From: an uncultured Desulfosarcina sp.
GTDB taxonomy: Bacteria; Desulfobacterota; Desulfobacteria; Desulfobacterales; Desulfosarcinaceae
NCBI GenBank assembly: GCA_963674945.2
Contig: CAXXWQ010000003.1
Location: 192,001-256,000, forward strand
DNA: 64,000 nt
Direction of reading: 5' to 3'
A program made the translations under genes and the position numbers. Shown here one piece after another: positions 1 to 10,733 of the stretch; the stretch's first letter is position 1, and each line of letters begins with the position of its first letter. The notes under the pieces were generated by a model, which saw only the letters and a list, made by a program, of their open reading frames with translations, was not told the DNA's origin and searched no databases.

Positions 1-735
1 TTCTTTGGCAGGACAATTGATGCCACGACGCTGACCGATGGTATACCGGTGCAGCCCCTTGTGGGTGCCGATGCGGTTTCCGGCAGCATCGGTGATCTCT
101 CCCGGTTGGGGAAGAACCGCACCGCTTTCCACGAGAAAATCGATATACCGCCGACCTTTTATAAAACATACGTCTTGACTCTCTTTTTGGACAGCCGGCT
201 GCAAACCGTTTTTTTTCGCATAGCGCAAGACCGCCGCCTTTGTCCATTCCCCCAAGGGAAACCGCGCCCGTGCCAGTTGGTCCTGGGAAAGTCGGGATAA
301 AAAATAGGATTGGTCTTTTTTCTCGTCCATACCTTTTTTAAGACGAAACCGGCCGTCCGGTCCCGGCACCACACGGGCATAATGCCCGGTCGCCAGGAAA
401 GTGGCGCCCAACTGCCTTACCGTCTCGAACAAAACACCGAACTTGATGGTCGGGTTGCATATCAAACAGGGACTGGGGGTCCTTCCCTCGTGGTAGGCCT
501 TCGTGAAATAGTCAACCACGAGGGATGAAAACGGTTTTGCCAGATTGATGATGCGGACGGGTACGCCGATCTTTTTAAAAAGCTGTCGTATCCGTCTGAC
601 CGACGGATCCCCGGAATTTTCAAACCCGGTGAGAAAGTGCACCCCCCAGATATCGTGCCCCCGTTTTTGCAAAAGGTGGGCACAAACCAATGAATCGATG
701 CCGCCGGAAACGGCAATGGCAACGGGGTCGGTCAT
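1..735 (-). CDS. mnmA: tRNA 2-thiouridine(34) synthase MnmA, 3'-truncated by the window edge
   Basis: Hand translation from ATG at 735 gives MTDPVAIAVSGGIDS (PP-loop), TPSPCLICNPTIKFG, ATGHYAR, KDQSYFL, SQDVCF and TIGQRRG. The frame is open to base 1. The start overlaps the upstream stop (ATGA). Confidence 0.95.
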   Translation of the reverse strand, partial: MTDPVAIAVSGGIDSLVCAHLLQKRGHDIWGVHFLTGFENSGDPSVRRIRQLFKKIGVPVRIINLAKPFSSLVVDYFTKAYHEGRTPSPCLICNPTIKFGVLFETVRQLGATFLATGHYARVVPGPDGRFRLKKGMDEKKDQSYFLSRLSQDQLARARFPLGEWTKAAVLRYAKKNGLQPAVQKESQDVCFIKGRRYIDFLVESGAVLPQPGEITDAAGNRIGTHKGLHRYTIGQRRGINCPAKE

Positions 736-1160
736 GAAAAGAAGAGTGTGTCGGTTGGCCGCACCTGCATCGCCCGGGGCGGACAGGCAGTGATGCATAG
801 TTCGCAGACAATGCATTTTTTCTGATCGAACTCCACTTCCATCTCTGGACGTTTGATGGAAAGGGCGCCGGTAGGACAAACCGCAGTACACGATCCGCAA
901 TGGGTGCACTGCTTTTCAATCCGCTTCATCTCCTGGGATGCGTTTTGAACATCCACACCCTGTCGTTTCAGGTAGTCAACACCCGCCTTGAAGTTTCTTC
1001 TGGTACCGGAAACTTCCAGTACCATGAATCCCTCCTTGCGCGGGTAGATACCGGCATTTAGAACATTGAACGTCAGATCGTATTCCCGGGCAAGGTTACA
1101 GACCAACGGTTTATGAACTTCCGTTACGGGAAATCGAAGTTTTAGTATTTTCTGGTACAC
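732..1160 (-). CDS. NIL domain plus 2x[4Fe-4S] ferredoxin
   Basis: N-terminal NIL-like domain (LTFNVLNA) and two CxxCxxCxxxCP motifs (CTHCGSCTAVCP, CIVCELCITACP); GTG start. Confidence 0.85.
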   Translation of the reverse strand: MYQKILKLRFPVTEVHKPLVCNLAREYDLTFNVLNAGIYPRKEGFMVLEVSGTRRNFKAGVDYLKRQGVDVQNASQEMKRIEKQCTHCGSCTAVCPTGALSIKRPEMEVEFDQKKCIVCELCITACPPRAMQVRPTDTLFFS

Positions 1161-1472
1161 CTGTCGTCTCCATCCCTATGCAAAATTATTTCATCGAGGA
1201 TCTGTGCCATGAGCCATCTTCGGTATAAAGGGGCAATTTTCTTTACTTTCCCCATGGGAAATGTAACCTAATGGCTTCGAGAAATACTGTCAACCGATAA
1301 CTGGTAACCATCGGGAAATGACAAATTTGCTCGATATCTTTGTTGATTTTGGAAAGAAAAATTCATTAAAAAGGATGCATCCGCCGATTAAACATTAGAA
1401 TACGGTGAGTTGAAAGCCGTTGCGCCAGCTGCCGAAACCGAGGACACCGCTACCAACACCACATTGTAAAAA

Positions 1473-3767
1473 ATGAATCAATTCGCCTATCTCACAACAG
1501 GACTGGCCATCAAGACCCTATCCGGTCTCACCCGTGCCCGGGTGAAGATTCACGGCCAGGAGAAGCTTCCATCGGGCCCCACTATTTTCGTTGTCAATCA
1601 CTTTACCCGTATTGAGACCTTCCTGCTTCCCTATCACCTTTATCGGTTGCTGAAGACGCCGGTCTGGTCCCTGGCGGCGGCCGAGTTGTTTGTCGGCAAA
1701 TTCGGTAGCTACCTGGAGCAGGTTGGCGCCGTTTCAACCCGGGCACCGGATCGGGACAAGTTGATGGTAAAGACCCTCCTGACGGCAGAGGCCGCATGGA
1801 TCGTATTCCCCGAAGGCCGCATGGTAAAAAACAAGAAGATCATAGATAAGGGGCGTTTCATGATTACCGCCGCCAGCGGAAAACATCCTCCCCATACCGG
1901 TGCCGCCACGTTGGCCCTTCGGACTGAATTCTACCGGCAGCGCCTTTTGCAGCTTCGTAGCTGCGCACCGGATGGCGCAAGACAACTGGCGGAAAGGTTC
2001 GATCTGCGCTCACTGGATCTGGTAAGCCAGCAGCCCACCACCATCGTTCCGGTGAACCTCACCTACTATCCCTTGCGGGCAAGGGAAAACGCATTGAGCC
2101 GGCTGGCAGAACGAATCGTGGAGGATCTTCCAGAGCGCGTCGCCGAAGAGATCATGACCGAGGGCGCCATGCTTCTCTCGGGCGTGGATATCGACCTTCG
2201 ATTCGGTACGCCCATCGAAATTTCCCATCGTCTCTCCAGTCGCCCCATTCAGTACGATATCTGTTCGGCAAAGGATATCGGCTTCGACGATCCCATCCCT
2301 TCGCGCAAACGCATGCGAAAAGAGGCGATCAGGATCATGGAGCGATACATGTCCGCCATCTATCAGATGACAACGGTAAATCACGATCATCTGTTCGCCG
2401 CCTGCCTGAAGAAAACACCCATGGCACGCATGAAGAAAGAAAACCTGAAACGACGCGTCTTTTTAACCTGCCAGCGGGATAAGGAAAGCCTGGGGGTCCA
2501 TTTTCACAATAGTTTCGATCAGGACCAGGTTCACCTTCTCACCGATGATCGGTATAAAAAATTCAGTGAGTTCATCGATTTTGCCCAAGAAAAGAAGGTA
2601 GTCTCGGTCATGGGAGAAATGTTGGAAAAAGATACGCACCGCCTCTCCCCGATTCTGGATTTCCACCGTTCCCGGATCGATAATCCCATCGCGGTAATCG
2701 CCAATGAAGTGGAACCGTTGACACGGTTGCAGCGGCGCATCTTCCGCCTCTGCTGGCAACCCGAATTCTGGCTGAGACGCAGGATCGCGCGATACCTGTT
2801 GAAAAGGGCGGTAAAAAACTTCGATCAAGATTATCAAACTTTTGCCCACCTGGGTGTTTCCAAACCCAAGGATGTGGGACGGCCGTTTCTCATCAGAGGT
2901 GACCGGCGGCGAATCGGCGTTCTGCTGGCCCACGGTTATATGGCGGCACCGGCAGAGGTAAGGGGCCTTGCCGAAAATTTGGGGAAAAAGGGGTACTGGG
3001 TCTATGTCCCTAGAATGAAGGGCCATGGAACCGCACCGGAGGATCTGGCCGGCCGCACGTATCACGATTGGACCGACGACATGGATGTCGGCTATGGCAT
3101 CATCAGCAACCTTTGCCGACGCGTGGTGGTGGGTGGATTTTCAACTGGCGCCGGCCTGGCGTTGGACCTCGCCGAAAGGGTTCGTTCCGTCTGCGGCGTC
3201 TTTGCCGTCTCCACTCCTTTGCGGCTCCAGGACATGGCGTCCCGCTTCGTTCCTGCGGTGAATGCATGGAACCGATTCATGGCCCGATTTCACCTCGACG
3301 AAGCCCAGAAGACATTCGTTGACAACCATCCGGAGAACCCGCACATCAACTATCATAAGAATCCCATCTCCGGAATTCGTGAATTGGAACGACTCATGTC
3401 CTCCTTAGAACCAAGGTTGTCCCGGATTACGACACCGGCTCTGGTGATCCAATCCAAAGAAGATCCCGTTGTAAACCCCAAAGGTTCTGAAAAAATCTTC
3501 AAACTATTGGGCTCGACAGACAAACAGATGGTCTTGTTCAACTTCGATCGTCACGGTATCTTACTGGGCCGGGGCGCAGAGCGGGTCTACCGAACCATTG
3601 GTGATTTTATCGATCACATCGGCAAATACCCGGCGCGGGCATCGCAATCGGAAGATGAAGTCCCAACGGCATCATCGAAAAATAGGACTTCACACGAAAA
3701 AGAAGATGACCGGGGCGGACAAACCTTCGATGAACACGAACAGACGACTCCATCTGAAAGGCAGTAG
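1473..3767 (+). CDS. Fusion of a PlsC/LPLAT-type acyltransferase and an alpha/beta-hydrolase (carboxylesterase)
   Basis: N-terminal NHFTRIE and FPEG acyltransferase blocks; C-terminal HGY oxyanion motif, GFSTG nucleophile elbow, EDPVV and a downstream His. Confidence 0.8.
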   Translation: MNQFAYLTTGLAIKTLSGLTRARVKIHGQEKLPSGPTIFVVNHFTRIETFLLPYHLYRLLKTPVWSLAAAELFVGKFGSYLEQVGAVSTRAPDRDKLMVKTLLTAEAAWIVFPEGRMVKNKKIIDKGRFMITAASGKHPPHTGAATLALRTEFYRQRLLQLRSCAPDGARQLAERFDLRSLDLVSQQPTTIVPVNLTYYPLRARENALSRLAERIVEDLPERVAEEIMTEGAMLLSGVDIDLRFGTPIEISHRLSSRPIQYDICSAKDIGFDDPIPSRKRMRKEAIRIMERYMSAIYQMTTVNHDHLFAACLKKTPMARMKKENLKRRVFLTCQRDKESLGVHFHNSFDQDQVHLLTDDRYKKFSEFIDFAQEKKVVSVMGEMLEKDTHRLSPILDFHRSRIDNPIAVIANEVEPLTRLQRRIFRLCWQPEFWLRRRIARYLLKRAVKNFDQDYQTFAHLGVSKPKDVGRPFLIRGDRRRIGVLLAHGYMAAPAEVRGLAENLGKKGYWVYVPRMKGHGTAPEDLAGRTYHDWTDDMDVGYGIISNLCRRVVVGGFSTGAGLALDLAERVRSVCGVFAVSTPLRLQDMASRFVPAVNAWNRFMARFHLDEAQKTFVDNHPENPHINYHKNPISGIRELERLMSSLEPRLSRITTPALVIQSKEDPVVNPKGSEKIFKLLGSTDKQMVLFNFDRHGILLGRGAERVYRTIGDFIDHIGKYPARASQSEDEVPTASSKNRTSHEKEDDRGGQTFDEHEQTTPSERQ

Positions 3768-3779
3768 GCAAAACCAACG

Positions 3780-5024
3780 ATGACCCTGACAACCAACTGG
3801 ATTTTTTTGACGATCCTCTTCTTTCTGCTGGCCCACTATCTTCTTCACCGCTTGGCCGACCGGATGAATCTTTCCGCCTTGTCCGATGAAATACCAAAGC
3901 CGTTCAAAGATGTTTTTGATCCCCAAAAATACAAAATATCCCAACGATATCTGCGTGTTAATACACGTTTCGGTCGGGTCACCGCCTCCGTGGATCTTGG
4001 TCTGCTCCTTCTCTTCTGGTTCTTTGGCGGATTTGCCTATGTGGATACCCTGACGCGCGGTTTTGGCTGGGGGCCATTGCCTACCGGACTTGCTTATATC
4101 GCCATCCTGGCCGCACTCAAGGCCATCGCCGGCATACCATTTGACCTTTGGTCCACGTTTGTCATCGAGCAGCGGTTCGGTTTCAACAAAACCACACCGA
4201 CCACCTGGATCATGGATCGCGTGAAGGGACTGATGCTGGCAATCGTGTTGGGTGCCCCCCTTGCGGCAGGCGTTCTGGCGTTTTTCCATTACACCGGTCC
4301 CACGGCCTGGATCTGGTGCTGGATGATGATCGTCGCCTTCGCCATCGTGATTCAGTTTCTGGCTCCCACATACATCATGCCCATGTTCAACCGTTTCGAA
4401 CCATTGGAAGAGGGGGAATTGAAGGGTGCTATCATGGATTACGCCCGAACCATCGGTTTTTCCCTTGACAACATCTACGTTATGGATGGATCCAAACGAT
4501 CGTCGAAATCCAATGCCTTTTTCACGGGATTCGGTCGTCATCGCCGCATCGCTCTCTTTGACACCCTCATCGATCAGCACACCATCGAGGAATTGGTGGC
4601 GATCCTGGGTCATGAAATGGGCCACTATCAAATGCGGCATCTGTTCAAGATGATGTTGGTGGGCATACTACAGGCCGGTGCGTTGCTCTATCTCATGTCC
4701 CTGATGATCACACAGCCGGCATTGTTTGAGGCGTTCTATGTCACGAATCCATCCGTTCATGCCGGACTCGTATTTTTCGGGATGCTTTTCGCGCCGGTGG
4801 ACTTTTTTTTGGGCCTCGCCGCACAATACATCTCGCGGCGGCACGAATTCGCCGCCGATCGCTTCGCCGCATCCACCACAGGCAAAATCCGTCCTATGAT
4901 CGACGCATTGAAAAAACTCAGCGTCAACAACCTATCCAACCTGTCCCCCCACCCGCTGTACGTCTTTTTGAACTACTCCCACCCGCCTGTATGTCAACGG
5001 ATTGAAGCACTGGAAAGAGTTTGA
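3780..5024 (+). CDS. M48 family (Ste24-like) membrane zinc metallopeptidase
   Basis: HEMGH zinc motif, NAFFTG, HEFAAD, SHPP and several hydrophobic segments. Confidence 0.92.
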   Translation: MTLTTNWIFLTILFFLLAHYLLHRLADRMNLSALSDEIPKPFKDVFDPQKYKISQRYLRVNTRFGRVTASVDLGLLLLFWFFGGFAYVDTLTRGFGWGPLPTGLAYIAILAALKAIAGIPFDLWSTFVIEQRFGFNKTTPTTWIMDRVKGLMLAIVLGAPLAAGVLAFFHYTGPTAWIWCWMMIVAFAIVIQFLAPTYIMPMFNRFEPLEEGELKGAIMDYARTIGFSLDNIYVMDGSKRSSKSNAFFTGFGRHRRIALFDTLIDQHTIEELVAILGHEMGHYQMRHLFKMMLVGILQAGALLYLMSLMITQPALFEAFYVTNPSVHAGLVFFGMLFAPVDFFLGLAAQYISRRHEFAADRFAASTTGKIRPMIDALKKLSVNNLSNLSPHPLYVFLNYSHPPVCQRIEALERV

Positions 5025-5085
5025 TCCGTATATTGCGGTGCAGGCAATTTGGTTCTCTGGAATAGATCAGGGTTCATTGCGTTTA

Positions 5086-5787
5086 CTAGCTCACGTCCTG
5101 AATGAGCATGGTGGATGGATCTAAAAGCTGCGCATTGGCCTGCGACCCTTGGGGCCCGCCTTTAAGGCATTGGATATGGATGCGCTTTCCTTCCGGTTGA
5201 AGCTGAATGATGGCATCGAACAGGTCCTGAAAGGACTGCATCTGTACGGGCATCCCATCCGGTCCCGGTGCCTCGTGGCGATGGGTGGTTACGGTGAACC
5301 AGAGGTGAAGCCGGTGGTTGTAAGAAAAGGTTTTAAAGCCCTCCAAGGGGGATCGGAGGCGTTCGTCGAAAGGAAGACCGTCGATGATGACCATGTGGGG
5401 ATTGAAAATCTTCTGTTCCGTCAGATCCGTGACCCGCTCTTCCAGTTTCGGAACACTGAATCCCTCCACCTTGAAGGTCATGATGAATCGATGTATCTGA
5501 ATGGCTTCCCACAACTCCTTGATCTGGCGCACATGATACTGGTTGGCAAAGCTGCTGAGCACCTGTTTGTACCATAGCTTCACTTTATCCACAGGGTCAT
5601 TGAGGCTCACATGAAGAACGTTTTTTTGCTGCAGCATGCTGTTAAGCGCCACTTGGACGATCAATGCGGTTTTCCCCACACCGGCACGGGCCAACACCGC
5701 GCCGAAACCACCTTCGGGAACGATCGCTTCGTTTTCGTGTCCCATCAATCGGAGCGGATTTCTTATAATGAGGTCGTTTCGTAGCAT
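5086..5787 (-). CDS. RecA/KaiC-superfamily P-loop protein of unknown function
   Basis: Walker A-like ARAGVGKT and Walker B-like MVIIDG. Start moved to ATG 5787 because an AAGGAGAGG ribosome-binding site lies just upstream. Confidence 0.7.
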   Translation of the reverse strand: MLRNDLIIRNPLRLMGHENEAIVPEGGFGAVLARAGVGKTALIVQVALNSMLQQKNVLHVSLNDPVDKVKLWYKQVLSSFANQYHVRQIKELWEAIQIHRFIMTFKVEGFSVPKLEERVTDLTEQKIFNPHMVIIDGLPFDERLRSPLEGFKTFSYNHRLHLWFTVTTHRHEAPGPDGMPVQMQSFQDLFDAIIQLQPEGKRIHIQCLKGGPQGSQANAQLLDPSTMLIQDVS

Positions 5788-6019
5788 GGTAAGGTTCCTC
5801 TCCTTCAGATTAATTACGCTGCCCCCCTGGTGGTAAACACCGCAGCGAGTCTTCCTTTTTCTACTCGAAAAAAGTTCGTCGTCGGTAAAAAGCAGACGAT
5901 TATTTTTTCTGACGCGCTTTCGAAGGTTTTCCAATTCCCCGACACGTTGTCCGGCATCTTGATTGATCAATGGCCCCACAATACTCCTTTTCATTCAAAT
6001 GAAGAAAAAGCATTTCCCC

Positions 6020-8104
6020 TTAGGCGACGTTCTTCTCTTCCTGACGCTTTTTGGCGATCTCCTCTGAAATGCTTTGGGGGACCTGTCTGTACGTGGCAAA
6101 CTCCATGGTAAACTGGGCCTTTCCCTGTGTCAGGGAGCGGAGCACCGTCGAATACCCGAACATCTCGGACAATGGCACCTGGGCTTCGATGACACACATG
6201 GGTCCCTCTTCCTGGGACCCTACGATCATTCCACGCCGCTGGTTCAATGATCCCATGACACTGCCCTGGAATTCGTTCGGGGTCTCTACGGCCACCTTCA
6301 TGATCGGCTCGTGAATCACCGGTGCGGCTTTTTGATATCCCTCCCGAAAGGCCCCGCGGGCCGCGGCCTGAAATGCCATATCCGATGAGTCCACACTGTG
6401 GGCGGCGCCGTCGTTGATCACCACTTTGACACCCGTGACCGGGAACTCCATTTTCGGCCCCTTGGCCATACAACGTTGAAATCCCTTTTCACAGGCTGGT
6501 ATGAACTGCGTTGGAATGGCGCCCCCGGTAATTTCGTTGACAAAGAGAAAATCTTGACCGTCTACAGGCTCCATGTAACCAGCGATCCGGCCGAACTGTC
6601 CCGACCCACCGGTCTGCTTTTTGTGAGTGTAATTGAATTCCGCCCTCTTCGTAATGGTTTCCCGATAGGCGACCTTTGGCGCCCCGGTGGTCACGATCGC
6701 TTTGTATTCCCGGCGCATGCGTTCCACATAGACTTCCAAATGGAGTTCTCCCATGCCGGATATGATCGTATCGCCGGTTTCATCACTCACATATGCGCGG
6801 AATGTGGGATCCTCTTTGGCAAAACGGTTCAAGGCCTTGGACATGTTGATTTCCGCCTTGTTGTCCTTGGGAACGATGGCCAGGGAAATCACGGGCTCCG
6901 GCACGAACATGGAAGTCATGGTCAAGTTGACCGACGGATCGGTAAAGGTATCACCCGACGCGCAATCGACACCGAAAAGGGCTCCGATGTATCCGGCACG
7001 GATCTCGGAAATATCCTCCATTTGGTTCGCGTGCATGCGCACAAGGCGCCCGATCTTGACCTTGCGGCCGGTTCGGACGTTCACCACGGTGTCTCCCTTG
7101 GTCAGTTTTCCTTGGTAAACACGGATATAAGTGAGCTGACCGTATTGGCCGTCCTCCAGCTTAAAAGCAAGGGCCACGGTAGGTTTCGTATCATCGGAAA
7201 TAAGGGCCACCTCGGCCTCGTCGGCACTTATGTCCAGCGCTTGGTTCTGCACATCCGACGGGCAGGGCAAAAGCCGGGTCACCCCATCCAAAAGGGGCTG
7301 CACACCCTTGTTCTTGTAAGCCGAACCCATGAATACGGGCGTGATCTGCCGGGAAAGAACGCCTGTTCGCAATGCTTCGATGAGCATTTCGTCGGTAATG
7401 GTCACCTCCTCCAATACGGCTTCGGTGAGTTCGTCGGAGAAAAGCGTTGCGGCATCGATGAGCACATCCCTTTTTTCCACGGCCAGATCGAGCAAGGATT
7501 CCGGGATCTCTTCCATGCGGATCGTCTGGCCACTGTCACCATCGAAGTAGATCGCCTTCATGGACACCAGATCGACGACGCCCTCGTGGTCTGCCTCCAA
7601 TCCGATGGGAATTTGCATGGCCACTGCATTGTGCCCCAATTTCTCCCTGAGTTGTTCGATGACGCGAAATGGATTGGCACCGCTTCGGTCACACTTGTTG
7701 ATAAAAGCGATGCAAGGAACCTTGTACCGTTTCATCTGTTGATCTACGGTGATGGACTGGCTCTGAACGCCACCCACCGAGCAGAGCACGAGGATGGCAC
7801 CGTCGAGAACACGAAGGCTGCGCTCAACTTCGATGGTAAAGTCCACATGGCCCGGTGTGTCGATGATGTTGATCTGATGTTTGTTCCACTCACAATAGGT
7901 AGCGGCGGAAGCGATGGTGATCCCCCGCTCCTTTTCCAGCTCCATGGAGTCCATGGTGGCCCCCACGCCGTCTTTTCCCTTGACGTCATGGATGGCATGG
8001 ATCCGATTCGTATAGAAAAGGATTCGTTCTGTGAGTGTGGTTTTTCCCGAATCGATATGGGCACTGATGCCGATATTTCTGATTCTGTCGATTTGCGATG
8101 CCAT
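6020..8104 (-). CDS. fusA: Elongation factor G
   Basis: [30 protein letters not shown] and HKKQTGG; 694 aa. Confidence 0.97.
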   Translation of the reverse strand: MASQIDRIRNIGISAHIDSGKTTLTERILFYTNRIHAIHDVKGKDGVGATMDSMELEKERGITIASAATYCEWNKHQINIIDTPGHVDFTIEVERSLRVLDGAILVLCSVGGVQSQSITVDQQMKRYKVPCIAFINKCDRSGANPFRVIEQLREKLGHNAVAMQIPIGLEADHEGVVDLVSMKAIYFDGDSGQTIRMEEIPESLLDLAVEKRDVLIDAATLFSDELTEAVLEEVTITDEMLIEALRTGVLSRQITPVFMGSAYKNKGVQPLLDGVTRLLPCPSDVQNQALDISADEAEVALISDDTKPTVALAFKLEDGQYGQLTYIRVYQGKLTKGDTVVNVRTGRKVKIGRLVRMHANQMEDISEIRAGYIGALFGVDCASGDTFTDPSVNLTMTSMFVPEPVISLAIVPKDNKAEINMSKALNRFAKEDPTFRAYVSDETGDTIISGMGELHLEVYVERMRREYKAIVTTGAPKVAYRETITKRAEFNYTHKKQTGGSGQFGRIAGYMEPVDGQDFLFVNEITGGAIPTQFIPACEKGFQRCMAKGPKMEFPVTGVKVVINDGAAHSVDSSDMAFQAAARGAFREGYQKAAPVIHEPIMKVAVETPNEFQGSVMGSLNQRRGMIVGSQEEGPMCVIEAQVPLSEMFGYSTVLRSLTQGKAQFTMEFATYRQVPQSISEEIAKKRQEEKNVA

Positions 8105-8171
8105 GATTTTCCTCTGCCGTTAGCGCACTGTTTATCAGTCCTTTGCGCTCTTTTGTTTCGAATATGGTAAT

Positions 8172-8274
8172 AAAAAAAGATCCCGAATTTGGCAGTATTC
8201 GCACCAGATTGGGACCTTTGAACGTCGCTTCGCATTCTCGAGCGCTAATATAGTGTTGTTATAGAGGATGTCAA
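8172..8274 (-). promoter_or_regulatory. Sigma70-type promoter and hairpin/U-tract leader of fusA
   Basis: Minus strand TTGACA (8274-8269)-16 nt-TATATT (8252-8247), then an AAAGGTCCC...GGGATCTTT stem running into a T7 tract. Confidence 0.45.
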
Positions 8275-8624
8275 CAACAATTCTGGCCAAAATCAAAATC
8301 TATCGGACCGCGCCGCCTTTTTCTATCCGGATTGTGTAAAATTCCCACGATCGAAATGCTCCCCTAAGAAAGACAGGGCTGATGAAGCGCATGCGCTGAT
8401 ATCGAACCTTTTTCGAAGACCGATAGGTTGTTTATCCCATCCCCTTATTGACGAAGGGGAGTCAACCGGTCTATGGATAGACGATGCCCATTGCGCACTT
8501 CGTTCCTGCTTCCGGAAGCCTTGTCGGCCTTCGCGGCACGTTCATGCTCTTTTTTGCATCGGTATCGGCACCGCCCCAAAACGTTCCAAATCAACGATAT
8601 GGCAAGTAATGCGGAAAACCCCCC

Positions 8625-10727
8625 ATGGACCCAATGGATGAAAACCAAGACATAAACACCCTTCGCATCGAAAATCAGCATCTTCGGGAGAAACTGCAGA
8701 ACCTGGAAGAGGAAAAGGAAGCGCTTCGAAAAACAAAGTTCATCGCCAACGTGGCCGATCAACTGCTCACCATGATTGATCGCAACTATGTTTATGAAAG
8801 CGTCAATCAAGCCTATTGCCGTGCGAGGGGACAACGGCAAGAAGATCTGGTGGGAAAAAGCGTCGCCGAAGTTTGGGGAAAAGCAGAATTCGATGGGATC
8901 ATCCGCCCGAAACTGGACAGTTGTTTCGACGGCATTGTAACCAGCTCCGAAGATTGGTTCAAGTTCGACGGCAAGGATGTAAGATGCTACCAGGTCACGT
9001 ACAATCCATACCTGGACGACCAGGGCCGTGTCACGCATGCCGTCGTTGTCACCCACGACATCACCGACCGAAAAAACGCGGAAGCCGGGATGGAAAAGGC
9101 GAAAGAACGCCTGGAAAAGCGGGTCCGGCTTCGTACGGCGGAATTGGAAACCGCGAACGAGGAATTGCGGCGTCAGATTGAAGAGAGAAAACGGGTGGAA
9201 AAGGCGCTGCGGGAGAGCGAGTATCGATATCGATCCGTTTCCCGGGACATGCCGGCCATGGTATGCCGTTTTCTACCCGATGGTTCGCTGACCTTCGCCA
9301 ACCTCCGCTTTAAAAATCATTTTTCCATTTCCGGCGATTCCCTTCTGGACACAAATATTTTCGCGTTCTTCTCCAAAAAAGAACAGCAACGGATGAAAAA
9401 CAGGCTGTTTCACCTCAGCCCGGAAAAGCCCATGGAGACGTACGAACAACACACGGTGGATGAAACCGGAGAGATTCGGTGGTGGCAATGGACCGATCGT
9501 GCATTGTTCGACGAGGGCGACGCGCCCATGGAGTATCAGAGCGTCAGCATCGACATTACCGAAAAAAAGAGCGTGGAAGGAAAACTCCAGCAGGCACAGA
9601 AGATGGAGGCCGTCGGAACGCTTGCCGGTGGCATCGCCCACGATTTCAACAATCTGCTCATGGGGATCCAGGGGAACCTGTCACTCATGTTTCTGGATGT
9701 AGACAAACATCATCCACTATACGAAAACATCCGCAGTATAGAGCAACTGGTGGAAAGCGGTGCGAACCTGACCCGCCAGCTACTGGGATTCGCCCGGGGT
9801 GGAAAGTATGTGGTGAAGGCGGTGAACATCAACGATGTGGTATCGGAAACGGCCTCCCTGTTCGGAAGAACGCGCAAATCCATTCGTATTCATGAAACAT
9901 ATGAACCGAATATCCATATGATCGCAGCCGACCGAGGGCAGATCGAACAGGTGTTGATCAATCTCTACTTGAACGCATGGCAGGCCATGTCGGAAAAAGG
10001 AGACCTTTATCTAAGGACCGAGAATGTCACCATCGATGAAAAGTTCGTGAAACCATTTGAAATCCAGTATGGCCAATATGTACGGGTATCAGTGACCGAT
10101 ACGGGGAAAGGAATCGACCCGGAAATCGCCCACCGGATCTTCGACCCGTTTTTTACCACCAAGGATTTCGGTTGCGGGTCCGGCTTGGGATTGGCCTCGG
10201 TGTTTGGAATCGTGAAAAATCATGGCGGTATCGTCGACTTTGAAAGCCATCAAGGCCGCGGCACGACCTTTTCCGTATACCTTCCCCTCACCGATGAGTC
10301 CGGCGGTACACCGAGGCCCAAACAAAAAAAAATACTAAAGGGACCGGAGACCGTCCTGCTCGTGGACGACGAGCCGTATGTGTTGCAGGTTGGCGAGAAA
10401 ATGCTGGAAAAAATGGGGTACACCGTCCTTACGGCATGTTGCGGGAAAGAAGCGGTTCGTATTTTCGCCGACACCTACCACCGTATCGACCTGGTGATTC
10501 TGGACATGATCATGCCGGACATTGGTGGCGAAGAGGTTTTCGATCGTATGCGCAAGATAAAAAAGGACATAAAGGTGCTCTTGGCCTCCGGATATAGTAT
10601 GGGTGACGCTGCAAATATCATCGAAAGGGGCTGTGAGGGATTTATCCAGAAACCCTTTGGCATGGAACAATTTTCCCATGCCGTCCGGAAGGTTATCGAC
10701 AAGAAGCATCGAAAATCGGCGATCTGA
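8625..10727 (+). CDS. PAS-PAS hybrid sensor histidine kinase/response regulator
   Basis: Two PAS/PAC domains, H-box AHDFNN, N box LNAWQAM, DTGKG, FFTTK, GLGL, and a C-terminal receiver domain (VDDE, LDMIMP, KPF). Confidence 0.93.
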   Translation: MDPMDENQDINTLRIENQHLREKLQNLEEEKEALRKTKFIANVADQLLTMIDRNYVYESVNQAYCRARGQRQEDLVGKSVAEVWGKAEFDGIIRPKLDSCFDGIVTSSEDWFKFDGKDVRCYQVTYNPYLDDQGRVTHAVVVTHDITDRKNAEAGMEKAKERLEKRVRLRTAELETANEELRRQIEERKRVEKALRESEYRYRSVSRDMPAMVCRFLPDGSLTFANLRFKNHFSISGDSLLDTNIFAFFSKKEQQRMKNRLFHLSPEKPMETYEQHTVDETGEIRWWQWTDRALFDEGDAPMEYQSVSIDITEKKSVEGKLQQAQKMEAVGTLAGGIAHDFNNLLMGIQGNLSLMFLDVDKHHPLYENIRSIEQLVESGANLTRQLLGFARGGKYVVKAVNINDVVSETASLFGRTRKSIRIHETYEPNIHMIAADRGQIEQVLINLYLNAWQAMSEKGDLYLRTENVTIDEKFVKPFEIQYGQYVRVSVTDTGKGIDPEIAHRIFDPFFTTKDFGCGSGLGLASVFGIVKNHGGIVDFESHQGRGTTFSVYLPLTDESGGTPRPKQKKILKGPETVLLVDDEPYVLQVGEKMLEKMGYTVLTACCGKEAVRIFADTYHRIDLVILDMIMPDIGGEEVFDRMRKIKKDIKVLLASGYSMGDAANIIERGCEGFIQKPFGMEQFSHAVRKVIDKKHRKSAI

Positions 10728-10733
10728 ATATTC

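Noticed and set aside
484..525. 11 bp inverted repeat TCCCTCGTGGT/ACCACGAGGGA in an apparent ORF-free zone, first considered a riboswitch or ncRNA
   Set aside because: The zone is the mnmA coding sequence, which the ORF track omits.
5788..5994. N-terminal extensions given by the ORF track (also for rocD, argF, arcC, ftsY, imuB, ROK, ALDH, DUF1329 copy 1 and the radical SAM at 59159)
   Set aside because: Downstream starts have better ribosome-binding sites or stop-start overlaps, or fit the family N-terminus better.
6398..8170. 590 aa plus-strand ORF and other long antisense ORFs (16989-18260, 20848-22134, 27563-28834, 29521-31254, 33294-34352, 38808-39977)
   Set aside because: They lie opposite well-supported genes and have no motifs; these are typical shadow ORFs in GC-rich DNA.
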